DNA of 63,472 bases, filler included, from Globobulimina sp. (Eukaryota): assembly GCA_003354225.1 (NCBI GenBank). It is 53 parts of 53 records of this genome, joined end to end, with 100 filler letters (N's around TTAATTAATTAA, not from the genome) between each part and the next. Parts side by side here need not be neighbours in the genome. Positions count along the whole stretch, not along the records: positions 47,986 to 49,084 come from PIVH01023563.1; positions 49,185 to 50,283 come from PIVH01023564.1; positions 50,384 to 51,482 come from PIVH01023565.1; positions 51,583 to 52,681 come from PIVH01023566.1; positions 52,782 to 53,880 come from PIVH01023567.1; positions 53,981 to 55,079 come from PIVH01023568.1; positions 55,180 to 56,278 come from PIVH01023569.1; positions 56,379 to 57,477 come from PIVH01023570.1; 45 more parts are not named here. One strand, 5' to 3'. A program made the translations under genes and the position numbers. This document shows positions 48,593 through 60,337 of the stretch, in pieces. How positions within the stretch are numbered: the stretch's first letter is position 1; every line of letters begins with the position of its first letter. The notes beneath the pieces were generated by a model that worked only from the letters and a program-made list of their open reading frames with translations, made no database searches and was not told the origin of the DNA.

Positions 48593-49184
48593 TTTTCATG
48601 TCACAGAAACACTTTTTGTCAGATTTCATCTGGTTTTTGCTGTGCATGCATGCAATATGTGTTAAATGACTCTTTTTCTAACTTTATCTTTCCTTTATAT
48701 TTTTCGTCTTTCCAACCCTTTGCATAAATTGTCCATCTGATAATTGCGTCACATACAAATTAATGTAGTTTCGTGTACCTTTTCAAAATTTTAAACGCCA
48801 ATTTTGTAGTTATTTGAAGTGATACTAACTTGCCATAATCCTTTCGGTGGTTTGATTCTCTCGTCCAGTCCTTTAAATATATATTAGATAAAATGTCGTC
48901 ATTATTTTATTTCCCAGACAATCGGAATGAACCAACACATTCAACTCAATTGTTATGTTGCATATATTCTGCACTTATAAACAAAATAAAAAGCTACGTC
49001 AAAAAATATTAAACTATTTAGTTTATTTGACGAATATCCAAATTTCAATTCATTACCAACATTTTCCACGCACACATCAAATAANNNNNNNNNNNNNNNN
49101 NNNNNNNNNNNNNNNNNNNNNNNNNNNNTTAATTAATTAANNNNNNNNNNNNNNNNNNNNNNNNNNNNNNNNNNNNNNNNNNNN

Positions 49185-50283
49185 TTAATCGTGAAGCAGC
49201 CATCTGACATAACATTGATATCCAAAACACAAACAATGCAGATTCCACATATTCAACATGGTGGTATTTTATCAGAACTATTTTACCCAATATCCCGTAT
49301 TAAATCTGCACCAAAAGATACAAAGAAGCAGAAATCTGATAACAAAGAAGCAGAAATCAGCTATGAATCAGCTATTGATGTTGGCCATGAATCAGCTATG
49401 GATAAAGATAACTTATTGGTTTATGGATATGTAAGAAGCATAGCAATGGCTTACAAACAACACTATGGAATGGACGCAAATGCTGCAATATTACCACACG
49501 AGAATGCTATGCAAATATTTGAGATATTATTTGCATATTTTTCAACATTGAATATGTTGTTTTGTTTGGATGAGTCAATGGAGACTATGGTATATATCGC
49601 AGACATGAATGACATGGAAACCTGTTTTAAATGTTCAGTACGGGATATAAATGATATTAATGTCGCGGTTCGCTATGTAAGCGATGTGGATAATGTTGGA
49701 TTGAGCCATTGCAATGGTATAAAATTGCCGGATTGTATTAACAATTTGTTATATAAATATGACAAACGTTACAATCCAACTCAGAATTCAATTCTTTTCA
49801 AATGTGGCAGTAAATCAACGCAGTTTGGGTTAACTAAACAGTTTGAATGTTCTGCGTTGATTATCAATGAAGAACAGCTACAGGACCGTGATAATGGGAA
49901 CGTTGCTTATTTTTGGGAGTTACCAGCTGCTGGATTGCCGATTGTTGATTTTAATGATGTTATTTATTCGTCGCAGCATAAATGTTTGCTTTGTGTTGGA
50001 GGCAGTGATGTGTTGGGCAATGTTACTGCTGATTTTTGGAGGTTATCCTTTGATTTTGAGAGGGAAAATATGGATCACTGGAAATGGTTTAAAATGCCAG
50101 ACATGGCAATGGGCCGTGCATTGCCGTCCTGTTTGATGGTAAATGATTATTTGTGTGTTTGTGGTGGGTACCGGGTGGATAATAACATTGGAAAGGATAT
50201 TCTGTTGGATTCAGTGGAGATATTTGATTTTAATTCCTTTCATTTTACTTGGAAAGGAAAGGAAATTAAAAATATGAATTATG
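49185..50283 (+). CDS. Kelch-repeat protein, partial
   Basis: LLCVGGS, WKWFKMPDMAMGR...LCVCGGY...SVEIFDF...W...NMNY. Confidence 0.8.
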
Positions 50284-50385
50284 NNNNNNNNNNNNNNNNN
50301 NNNNNNNNNNNNNNNNNNNNNNNNNNNTTAATTAATTAANNNNNNNNNNNNNNNNNNNNNNNNNNNNNNNNNNNNNNNNNNNNTT

Positions 50386-51480
50386 ATTTGCATTGTTGTG
50401 TGGCAATACTTCTAACGCTTTACTTTTTAACTAGTCCGTGATTGCTATCACAGCATTACATGCGGTCAGCACTTTGTGAATAACATTGATATAATTTGCG
50501 TCAGACGCATAGACATTCATGTCAGTCCCACCCAATATAACGACAGTTTTAATCTGTTCACTCTCAAAAAATGGTTCCAACCAAAATCCAGAATGCAGAG
50601 CGTGGAGTCCAATGACTAATTTGACGTTTTCCTCTCTCACAATTCCATTCAAATTAAAATAAATTGGGGCCGTGTGTGATTTTGCTGCATTGAATACCAA
50701 TACGTTACGGTTGAAATACGTAGCAAAAATCATTCGTATTCGTTGAAGGGTGATTGCATTTCCACAGAACGGTAATAACGGCGAAAACATTAAAACTGTC
50801 TCTCTTTTTTTTGATTGGTCGCTTTTTAATTTTAACTCATTCAAAACTTTGGATGTTTCATACGAACACAACTGAAATTGTTCTTGATTCAATAAAAAAT
50901 TTGAGATGAAATAATTATTGCCATTTAAATTCTGAAATTCTAATATTCGATCATTTGAACAAGCGAAACTGTCCACGGTACCACACAGCCCAACACAGGC
51001 ATTCTTGTTGCATCCCAGAGATGGATGTGTCATCCATTCACAACAGACATGATCTGAGGCAACTGAGAAAAAGTTTGAGTAAATGTGAGGAAATGTCTGA
51101 TCGCTACCCATCAAATTGAGACCGATAAAGTGAGGGCTGTAAATGTTGTATGACTCATAAATTGCCTGCGCTGCTCTTGCTTCGTTAATTACGTTTGTAT
51201 AAAATTCACTGCGTTTGGCTGGTGTGACCCATGCATAGATGACATGTTCGATGGGCAAACGAATGAAATGTATGCCCTTTTCAGATAATATATGGCCAAT
51301 GATGTGACACAGTTTTGCATTGACGGTATGACAATGCATATGACCGTCGATATAATACGGCAAATGTGCAGTCAGTTGAGAAAATAAATTGATTTGCGCA
51401 TTAATTTCGTGTTTCAAATCAGTTTCGTTAATCTCATTATTTAATAAATCGTTCCGAAAACCAAACTTGCCTTTGAATAA
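50386..51480 (-). CDS. YdjC/ChbG-family deacetylase fused to a GLT1D1-like (GT-B/GT4-type) glycosyltransferase N-terminal domain; in-frame TAG at 50431-50433
   Basis: LFKGKFGFR...EINAQI..F...PYYIDGHMHCH...CEWMTHP...DSFACSNDRILE...LCSY, then LMFSPLLPFCGNAITLQRI...IGLHAL...VILGGTDMN...VIAITD*LKSKA. Confidence 0.85.
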
Positions 51481-51824
51481 ACNNNNNNNNNNNNNNNNNN
51501 NNNNNNNNNNNNNNNNNNNNNNNNNNTTAATTAATTAANNNNNNNNNNNNNNNNNNNNNNNNNNNNNNNNNNNNNNNNNNNNAACTCGTGTTATCATAGC
51601 ACATTTTTGGCCGCTCGCTGCTTGCATCATGCCGGTATGGCATTGAGGTTCTTCGCACAGTATTGCCGTTTGGCGATTTCTTTTCCAGCATGGACCTACC
51701 CCACAATGGATGTTCCTCTTGCCAGTACTCCCTGGTGGGTGCCTAAATCAAACGGTATAGATAAGTCCGTTGCTCTTGATGCGGGTGACTCGACGATTCT
51801 GACTGGGCAAGTTGAAAACATTGT

Positions 51825-52145
51825 ATCGGATGTGCCGTTATGAAATGAAGAGAAATCGTGATATAAATCGTTCCATGTAAAATATGCGAAGGAGTGTCCA
51901 TTTAGAAACCACCAATGGTGATTTGTGAAAAATAATAATAAATTAACCAATGCATCGATTAATAAAATTAAAATGATAAAAGTTAATGTTTTTTTTTCCA
52001 ATTTAGCAGTCGCAGGTAATCTGATGGAAAAACAACACCATTTATTTTTATGAGTATCATTGTTGTTTTGTTTTTCTTCGACCGTATCCAGTGACGACAC
52101 GATTTTTTTATATGGGATGTCTGAAACGTCGCCATTGATCAACAT
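51825..52145 (-). CDS. Membrane protein N-terminus, joined to unrelated GC-richer sequence
   Basis: ATG 52145, TM LTFIILILLIDALVNLLLFF; composition changes near 51825. Confidence 0.4.
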
Positions 52146-52505
52146 CTTTCAAAATTAAAATTAGTAAACGTTTTTTTTGTGAGCTTTACTAGTAACTTTG
52201 GATTATTGTGTCACAATAAAAAACTAATTTATTGACTGCAAATGATATGGAAGCGGGATATGCAGCCATTCCATTGCCATATATTGCTAGCTTTTGCAGT
52301 AAAATATGATTGTTCCATTGGAATGATACAAAAAGCATATAATGTGACTGGACAAGCTATGCTTAACGCTGCCAAACATTTAACTGACGCTCTCGATTTA
52401 TTTCGTTAATTAAATGTACAGTATACACTGAAACAGCTTGCGTTTTGAAGACATTATCTTAACTGAAGAAAAATAAAAACGTTTTTAGCTTTGAGGATAC
52501 GGAGG

Positions 52506-52681
52506 ATGGGTAACACAGAATCAAAGGTTAATTTAAGTAAAAAAATGCATCAAAATATGCCTAATGCATAAATGTTAACATATATACAGCAAAAAACACA
52601 AAAGAAAATGGACATATTTAAAGCCCTTCAAATGGTTAATGATTACCATAAAAATAGAGCATTATTTAAAATAAATAAAGA
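52506..52681 (+). CDS. N-myristoylated protein, 5' end; intron 52527-52589
   Basis: MGNTESK|QKTQKKMD (MGxxxSK motif); phase-0 GT-AG intron. Confidence 0.55.
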
Positions 52682-53210
52682 NNNNNNNNNNNNNNNNNNN
52701 NNNNNNNNNNNNNNNNNNNNNNNNNTTAATTAATTAANNNNNNNNNNNNNNNNNNNNNNNNNNNNNNNNNNNNNNNNNNNNCGAAAACTTTACTTTAATC
52801 GTTTAGATTTCTAAAAAAACATGCCCGTAAGCATAATAAATTAGGCCGGGCCTAATATACCTTATAATTAAAATTTCATATTCATCATGCGTTAAAAAAT
52901 GTTTTTAACATTATTAATAAAATGTTATCTTTTAACATTTTATTTATTAACCTAATTTAGTATCTGAAAAACTAAAAATCTGAAACGTAATCCTTTCGAA
53001 CCAATTTACAGGGAAAGTAAACCATGACACAATATACTGTGTTTGTGTGGGTTTCTAGTTTTTTATTTAATTTTTGCAAAAAAACTCCTAGCACATGAAA
53101 ACTAACAATGGTTTCGCAATGTATTTTATTTCGCAATTGACCAAAAACTGTGTTTTCGGAAATACGTTATCCAGCTACGAAATAGTTGAATATGAATAAT
53201 ATACTAACAT

Positions 53211-53670
53211 TTACGCCAATAATTTAGCAGCACCATATGCAATGACTACAACACTACAAACTGCGTACATCACAAAATTGAATAAGGCGGCGATTACTTT
53301 TTGAATTCCCCATGAAATGATCATCGTTATCCAGATAGATATGCGAGTCAATAAAAATGACCACGCTAAAACATGAAATATCACTGGTTTTACTTCACAG
53401 AATATTAATGCTAACAACATGATGATATATAAAGGAGCCCATTCTTGATTATTACCATGAGCACGGGATCTTTTTTTGATCAATTTAACTGTCGGATTAT
53501 TACCATCAGATAAGTCTTCCTGTTCTTGTCTTCCTGTAATCTGTTTTTGTTCCTTCATGAGTGTCAATCGCCCCATACTCACTGCCATTCCTTGGGCCAT
53601 TAACATAATTCCAGATACCAACGTATATTGCCAACCAATAAAACAGCGTTGTTTGTGTTTCTGAGGTCAT
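53211..53670 (-). CDS. MAPEG family membrane protein; 1-nt frameshift in a T run near 53640
   Basis: RSRAHGNNQEWAPLYIIMLLAL...FHVLAWSFLLTRI; four TMs. Confidence 0.8.
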
Positions 53671-54724
53671 TGTAAAAAGGATAGTATTAGTATTAGTATA
53701 GGATAGGATAGGATAGGATAGGATTGTTTCAACGCTGAGTTTTCGACCTATTGAAATGTTTTTGAGTTGTTTGCAAGAATGAACCCTCATCAACAACAAC
53801 AATTATTGCAGCAGCAGTTATTATTACAACAGCAACAGGCCGTGCAATTACAACAAGCGCAGCAACAAATACTTGATCGTNNNNNNNNNNNNNNNNNNNN
53901 NNNNNNNNNNNNNNNNNNNNNNNNTTAATTAATTAANNNNNNNNNNNNNNNNNNNNNNNNNNNNNNNNNNNNNNNNNNNNTTTCCCGCATACCTAATTGC
54001 GGTATATTCGCCAGCAAAATAACCCAAAATGAGGCGGCAATCCCATACAAATTACAATTAACTGACATAATGGCACCGTACGTATGTTGTACAGCAAATA
54101 AATTAAATATCCAAATATGTGCTGCAAAGAATATATCAAAATACGCAGACACAAATATATAATAAATAATAATAATTTAAATACCAATTCCTCGCAATTC
54201 ATGTATCATATTGGCAATGAATACAATCAGAATTGATATTGTAAGCAATGTAATAATTGCTATATAATCATATACATTTTTCTTACTTTCATTATTTTTT
54301 TCTTTGCCATTCCCTGTGTTTTAATTGTAATGCATTCTGTTCACAAAATTGAGCAAGTTTCAACATTAAAAATAACAAATATTCACTGTTACACACCGAC
54401 ATTGAGCAATACATAAATTTGTGGGCAATGCATAAATTTGAGGATTGATGTATTCTTTTCGTTGCATGTGTGTTTGTGTGCCGTCGCATCAGGATTTGAA
54501 CCTGAATCTTCTGGATCCATCCATCCAGGGCTCTTCTTGAGCTAAGCGATAATAATATGGTGTTGCCTTTTCTTCTGGACATTGTGTGACCTTTTCGAAC
54601 TGAACGGATGCATTAGGAAGCTGTTCGAAAAGTTTTTGAAAAATTCAGTACATATCGGAGAGCCCTAATGGATGAATTTTGGAATGTATTGCTTGGAGTA
54701 TTATATGACATTGATTGGTATTGC

Positions 54725-55079
54725 ATTTTTTATGTACATATTATACTGAATCAGGTGGACGAAACAATGAAACTTTATGGTATTATTATGTGTGAAAAGA
54801 GGAGATATTTTATGGTGATAAACTTCATCCTTGCACTTCATTGTTTCCTTGTGCGTACAGTATTTATGGTCATTGCAGTCCCAGCCTTGCAAGAAAATTA
54901 CTAATTGTTTCTCAGTTTCTGTCATCCTTTTATGCATAACACACAAGCTATTTTTTCCTATTTTATAACCACTTTTCCCTGTTTATCACCATAAAATATC
55001 TCCTCTTTTCACACATAATAATACCATAAAGTTTCATTGTTTCGTCCACCTGATTCAGTATAATATGTACATAAAAAAT
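54725..55079. repeat. Perfect 99-bp inverted duplication ending at the contig edge (fold-back chimera)
   Basis: 54725-54823 is the exact reverse complement of 54981-55079. Confidence 0.92.
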
Positions 55080-55181
55080 NNNNNNNNNNNNNNNNNNNNN
55101 NNNNNNNNNNNNNNNNNNNNNNNTTAATTAATTAANNNNNNNNNNNNNNNNNNNNNNNNNNNNNNNNNNNNNNNNNNNNTC

Positions 55182-55292
55182 TTTATGTGTTGTGACAATG
55201 TGATAAATTATAAAGGAGCAAGTAATGCATGTTGCGGTACAAGAGGCTATTCAACCACTTTCAATATGTGTTGTAATGGAGTTATATGTTAA
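55182..55292 (+). CDS. Galaxin-like di-cysteine repeat protein, C-terminal end
   Basis: FMCCDNVINYKGASNACCGTRGYSTTFNMCCNGVIC*. Confidence 0.65.
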   Translation, partial: FMCCDNVINYKGASNACCGTRGYSTTFNMCCNGVIC

Positions 55293-55461
55293 CCACTGGC
55301 ATGGAATATTTTTTTTCACTTTTCTTTCTTTATTTTAGTGTTCTTTAATTTTGATTAATGTGTGAATTGGAACTATGTTTTTCTTTACCTTTGAACTGAG
55401 TAACCATGTCAAACAGGAAAATAAATCCCTACAGGTTCCTAGATCTCTTTTGTTATGATTA

Positions 55462-56278
55462 TTGCATATCGTTCAATTATTTCAATTTAGGAGAATAGTG
55501 TTTTGCACCTTGCTGTTGATATTATGGGTGATCATTATTCAATTGTTTAGCATTTATGACAGTGATTTTGTGGATGCACAAATGATGACAGCTTTGAATT
55601 TGAATAATAATATAATCATCACATTCAATTCATCGCTGTTTCACGACAATCCAACTCGTCGATCATGGGATGCAAATTACAATATATTAATAATAGGAAT
55701 TGTTTCTTTCAATGGATACCAAATTGCAAAATATTTATCAACAAATATCTCTCAAACTAAAATCATTGGAATTGACAGTTTTGATATTGATAAAGGCGTC
55801 GAGGTGCAAAGAAACAGAGAACAAGAATTGATTCGATTATCAGCCACTGTCATTCGTGGAAATATGTGCAATTTTCATTTATTGTCACAAATCATTGAAG
55901 ATTATCATAAATATCTTCAAATTGTAATCATTGCAAATAATGTTTGCTTTGATATCTACAGAAAACTAACGCAACACTCAAATAATAATAGTATTTGGCT
56001 GAATGCATCACAATTAATCAACACTCATAACAATCAGTACGTAAATCCAATCAATAAAATAAACAAAAAGTACCTTTTAATGAGCTCGTTTTATATTTTT
56101 ATGGGCGATCCAATGCACGGCAAAAAAACAGCGGATAAACTAAAAAAAGATAACTTTTCTTTGAAATATAATGCTGATTGGTATTGGGGAATAATATTTA
56201 TTCGATCCTGGTATGAGAGCTTTAAAAAAGTGAGTGAGAACACGACATTTTCACAAACAGATATTGTAATAATTCACG
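55462..56278 (+). CDS. Type II membrane protein with a degenerate UDP-glucuronate-epimerase-like Rossmann domain
   Basis: TM then NILIIGIVSFNGYQIAKYL...IIGIDSFD...RNREQEL...VIRGNMCN; GxxGxxG not intact. Confidence 0.55.
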
Positions 56279-56379
56279 NNNNNNNNNNNNNNNNNNNNNN
56301 NNNNNNNNNNNNNNNNNNNNNNTTAATTAATTAANNNNNNNNNNNNNNNNNNNNNNNNNNNNNNNNNNNNNNNNNNNNT

Positions 56380-57337
56380 GAAATTAAACGGTTTTTATTA
56401 GATGCAGATGACGAGGAATTTTGCAATGAAAAAGTTGCATTAATCATTGGATTATGTGGATGTTTTCGAGGCGTTGATTATACGTCGATTTATAATAGAA
56501 AATGCGAGGAAATTAAAGTAGATATATTCCAAACAAGTTAAGTTTGTATATATTATATTCGGACTTATATTTTTTTGATAAATAATATACAGAAAAAACT
56601 AAGCAATATAAAGAGAGAGAAATCGTTCATATTCATCATTGGAAGGCGAAAACGAAGAAATTTGTAAATTTTATGGTGACCCATCCGGTCTCCGTAGATC
56701 GTATCGTTTCGTATCAACAAAAAACGAAGAAATATTGGACAGACAGAAAGCATACGTATGGATCAAGATTTTTTTGGCGAAGAAAGCAAAATAAAATCAG
56801 TGGATATTATGAGTTTCATGGACAGCCGCTTGGAGTAAATTGGTTCTATGACTATCCAAAGGTCATAGCAAATTGGTTGGGAATCCCCAAATGGTGGTTA
56901 TACGCAGGACATTCTGTACGGCGTTCATCTGCGTCGCTATATTGTGAAGGAGGGGTATGTATTTATGTATGTTTTAATATATTTAATCTGTTTTTGTTTG
57001 TTTGACATTAAATATATAGGCGACATTGCTGCAATTGAAGAAATTTGGAAATTGGAAAAGCGATACGGTGGCCGAGGGATATTATGATAATTCAATCAGA
57101 AATAAACAGAAAGATGCAGATATGTTGAACGATGCGATTGGATTTGGCGACAATGATGGAATTAATAATATTAACGTCAGTTTTAAAGAAGAAAAAGGCA
57201 AAGATTTTATTATGGATAAGAATAATAACAGAAGTCCGAATAATATGTACATTCACAAATTGTACATTCACGGGTTTTTAATATTTTATTGTGTATTTTG
57301 TGTGTTATTTCTGTGTATTTTGTATGTAAATTATTAG
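56380..57337 (+). mobile_element. Crypton-like tyrosine recombinase with introns 56537-56592 and 56955-57019; catalytic residues intact
   Basis: EIKRFL...KVALIIGLCGCFR; KTK; QPLGVN....PKVIANWL...YAGHSVRRSSA...GG|ATLLQLKKFGNWKSDTVAEGYYDNS. Confidence 0.88.
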
Positions 57338-57361
57338 TAACATTTCAGATTTTATGTTCTA

Positions 57362-57449
57362 TTTTACTCCACTAAGTGGCGTAAAAGTGCTTTCCGTTTC
57401 TATTTTTTCTCCACTAAGCGTGGTAAACGGGTCAAAAGGAGTGGAGTAA
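57362..57449. repeat. Cluster of TTACTCCACT-like motifs in alternating orientation downstream of the recombinase
   Basis: TTTTACTCCACT-A-AGTGGCGTAAAA (57362-57386), TTTTCTCCACTAAG (57405-57418), AGTGGAGTAA (57440-57449). Confidence 0.65.
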
Positions 57450-57886
57450 TTCCACTTTTACTGCGTTTTTTTGGGTANNNNNNNNNNNNNNNNNNNNNNN
57501 NNNNNNNNNNNNNNNNNNNNNTTAATTAATTAANNNNNNNNNNNNNNNNNNNNNNNNNNNNNNNNNNNNNNNNNNNNCAAATATTATTATATACAAACAG
57601 AACAAATCAAATCAAATAAATATTTAAACCCAACACACTCAGCACACAATAAAAAAACCAGGATTGGGTTTATAGACATACAGAACACATCAATGTGTTG
57701 TACGAAGGTAAAAAAAGGGGAAAATGGTGTTCTTTAATTCTCTATGGAAAACATTGTATTTGAATAAATCAACAGAAACAAAAATTATTTCAGTTTAGTG
57801 TGTAATCTGACTTCACATTATCTAACATCTGTATATATGTAAAAACGAGCAATAACACTAAGGCGCCCGCCAGGGCGCCATGCAAC

Positions 57887-58507
57887 TTGTTAAATCCAAT
57901 TCGAAAATCTGAATGGAAAAAAATGGAGTTGGATGAGCGAATAAAATCATTTATATATTTGCATCAATTTATTATTCAATATGATGAGAAGGTGATTGCG
58001 GAAGAGATGGCATTTAAACTGTACTCTGGCGATGAAATTAAGGATTTTATGGGTGGGATAAAGTCCATATTTTTATATTTTGTTGGCGATTACACCGAAT
58101 TCATGGCCATTTTACATCATATGAAGGATTTGTTATGTTTTAAACATAATTTAATTTATTTTTCGCCATTTCAATGTTTTACATGGTTTGAAAAAAGGTA
58201 TTACCATCATATGATGGAGAAATTAGTGAAAAAAAATCGATCCAAGTTTTTGTTTGCCAAATGGAAGGGATATATGATGGTAAACGGATTTAATGATATG
58301 AAGAAATGGAGGATGCGATATGAGGCTCATAAAGAAAATTGGAAGAATAAAGCTTGTGATTCTACAATTTGCAGAGGGAATAAATGGAAATGTAAAGGGG
58401 TTTTTTGGGCCTGTAATAAATGTAAAAATGCTTTTTATTGTTGCAGAAAATGCCAAAAATATGACTGGAATAATAGACACAGATATTCATGTGTCTCGTC
58501 ACTTTAA
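57887..58507 (+). CDS. MYND zinc-finger protein, 3' part
   Basis: CDSTIC...CNKCKNAFYCCRKCQKYDWNNRHRYSC. Confidence 0.82.
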   Translation: MLNPIRKSEWKKMELDERIKSFIYLHQFIIQYDEKVIAEEMAFKLYSGDEIKDFMGGIKSIFLYFVGDYTEFMAILHHMKDLLCFKHNLIYFSPFQCFTWFEKRYYHHMMEKLVKKNRSKFLFAKWKGYMMVNGFNDMKKWRMRYEAHKENWKNKACDSTICRGNKWKCKGVFWACNKCKNAFYCCRKCQKYDWNNRHRYSCVSSL

Positions 58508-58893
58508 TTTAATGTATATATTTAATTAATTTAAATGTCAGTTTAATTTAAACGTTAAGTAAACTTTAAGTTTTCCAAATTATCTGAAAAGAGTCCAATA
58601 AAAGAGACAGCAGAAACAATGGACCATGAATTGCCAGATTATGATGATGTCGCCATTATGGTAGCAGTAGATGATANNNNNNNNNNNNNNNNNNNNNNNN
58701 NNNNNNNNNNNNNNNNNNNNTTAATTAATTAANNNNNNNNNNNNNNNNNNNNNNNNNNNNNNNNNNNNNNNNNNNNATAGAAGAAAATAATTATAACAAC
58801 TTCGTTTATTGATGATATGACTTAAAACTTGCAATTAATGATTAGACTCTCGTTACTGTAAAAACTTTATTTTCCATACAATCTGTACTAATA

Positions 58894-59784
58894 ATGACAC
58901 ATAAAAGGTCAGGATCAGTTGCCGATATTGCATCAATGTTTGAAACAGCAATCGCAGCCAAGAAACAACAGCCCAAACCTCTGCAAAAAGTAATGGCTCG
59001 AAGACATTCTATGAGTAAGATGTGGGAGAATAAATTTAAAACCAAACAACCTGAATTGGTAAATGGTCCACGCAAAGCTTGCAAACCATATCATGAATGC
59101 AATGCAATTAATGATAATAAAAAACCCAAGAAAAAGGATTCTCATTCAATTAAACCATATACGCATACACCAAGTGTCCAATATGAATTTGATGACAATG
59201 TGATTGATATAACCTACAAACCTGAAATATATGCATCAGCATTGACTGAATCATATAAAGCAAAGATTGCCACATTAGAGACTGAGCTCAAACAACACGA
59301 GAATAACTATGCGGAACTAAATGATAAATATGATAATTTAAGTGAAGAGAACAATGGCTTATTACAAGAATTTGAATCCAGAAAAACACAAATTGGAGAG
59401 TTAGGGACAGAGATTGAGAGATTAAGTAAAAGCATTGCTGATAATGAGACATTGTATGAAAAGGAAAAAGAAGCATTAAATATTAAAGTGGAGCAATATA
59501 ATGATTTATTTGGGGAGAAAGAGGAAGTTACCGGTTTGTCAACATCTACATTGCAATTTGGAGAGAGTGATATGGAAATACGTACAGTGCAATTAGGTAA
59601 TGATGAGGTCGAGATTGGGAATTTAAGAAAAGAAAATGCAGAGTTAAGTCAAATGTTGAATGACTTACAAAAATCAAAAATAGATTTGGCGATTCGAACT
59701 GATGAAGAAATGCAAAAATTACGACGAATGGTATGGGTCACGTCTCAAATATATGGAGAAAGATCCAAAGATACCAAGAAATAA
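58894..59784 (+). CDS. Coiled-coil protein; apparently complete
   Basis: 296-aa ORF with a heptad-rich E/K/L C-terminal half. Confidence 0.7.
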   Translation: MTHKRSGSVADIASMFETAIAAKKQQPKPLQKVMARRHSMSKMWENKFKTKQPELVNGPRKACKPYHECNAINDNKKPKKKDSHSIKPYTHTPSVQYEFDDNVIDITYKPEIYASALTESYKAKIATLETELKQHENNYAELNDKYDNLSEENNGLLQEFESRKTQIGELGTEIERLSKSIADNETLYEKEKEALNIKVEQYNDLFGEKEEVTGLSTSTLQFGESDMEIRTVQLGNDEVEIGNLRKENAELSQMLNDLQKSKIDLAIRTDEEMQKLRRMVWVTSQIYGERSKDTKK

Positions 59785-59975
59785 TACGCAAAGTATATTC
59801 GTGCGATATATATGAATGTAAATCAATATTATATAAGGATTTATATTTATTTATTGTTATATTAAATTCATATGANNNNNNNNNNNNNNNNNNNNNNNNN
59901 NNNNNNNNNNNNNNNNNNNTTAATTAATTAANNNNNNNNNNNNNNNNNNNNNNNNNNNNNNNNNNNNNNNNNNNN

Positions 59976-60261
59976 CTGGAGGATCATCCGAATATGACGA
60001 TTCTTCTAAAAATTCTCCATACTTTGCTTTCTTCAATTTAAAAAAATGCAAATCAATCGGTATAAACATGAGTAATAATACAACACTTCTAAATAAAAAT
60101 TTATTCATTGGTGCATCAACGATTGATACCTCATTGCTGTTTGATGGATATGTCATTTTTAATAATGGATATAATTCTTCATTTACACCTTTCATTGTCG
60201 CAACTTTATTCCATACAATATCCATATTTGTTGATAACGTTGTTGAGAATATTAACTTCAT
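59976..60261 (-). CDS. SRPBCC/START-fold-like protein, 5' part
   Basis: FSTTL....DIVWNKVATMKGVNEELYPLLKMTYP...LFRSVVLL..FIPID...FLEESS. Confidence 0.6.
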
Positions 60262-60337
60262 CCCATCTCAAATTTTTTTTTTTAATTGTTTTCAACACAT
60301 TTCAACTTCATCTCCTTTACATTTTTCTTTCCAATAT

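Noticed and set aside
53699-53724. (GGATA)n pentamer run
   Set aside because: Simple microsatellite; too short and internal to be telomeric
54725-55079. Hairpin RNA gene or TIR element
   Set aside because: 100% identical arms, a short spacer and termination at the contig end are typical of phi29 fold-back chimeras
60068-60337. N-terminal 90 aa of the 352-aa ORF
   Set aside because: Antisense to the SRPBCC-like gene; the real start is probably ATG 60338, just before the CCCH finger
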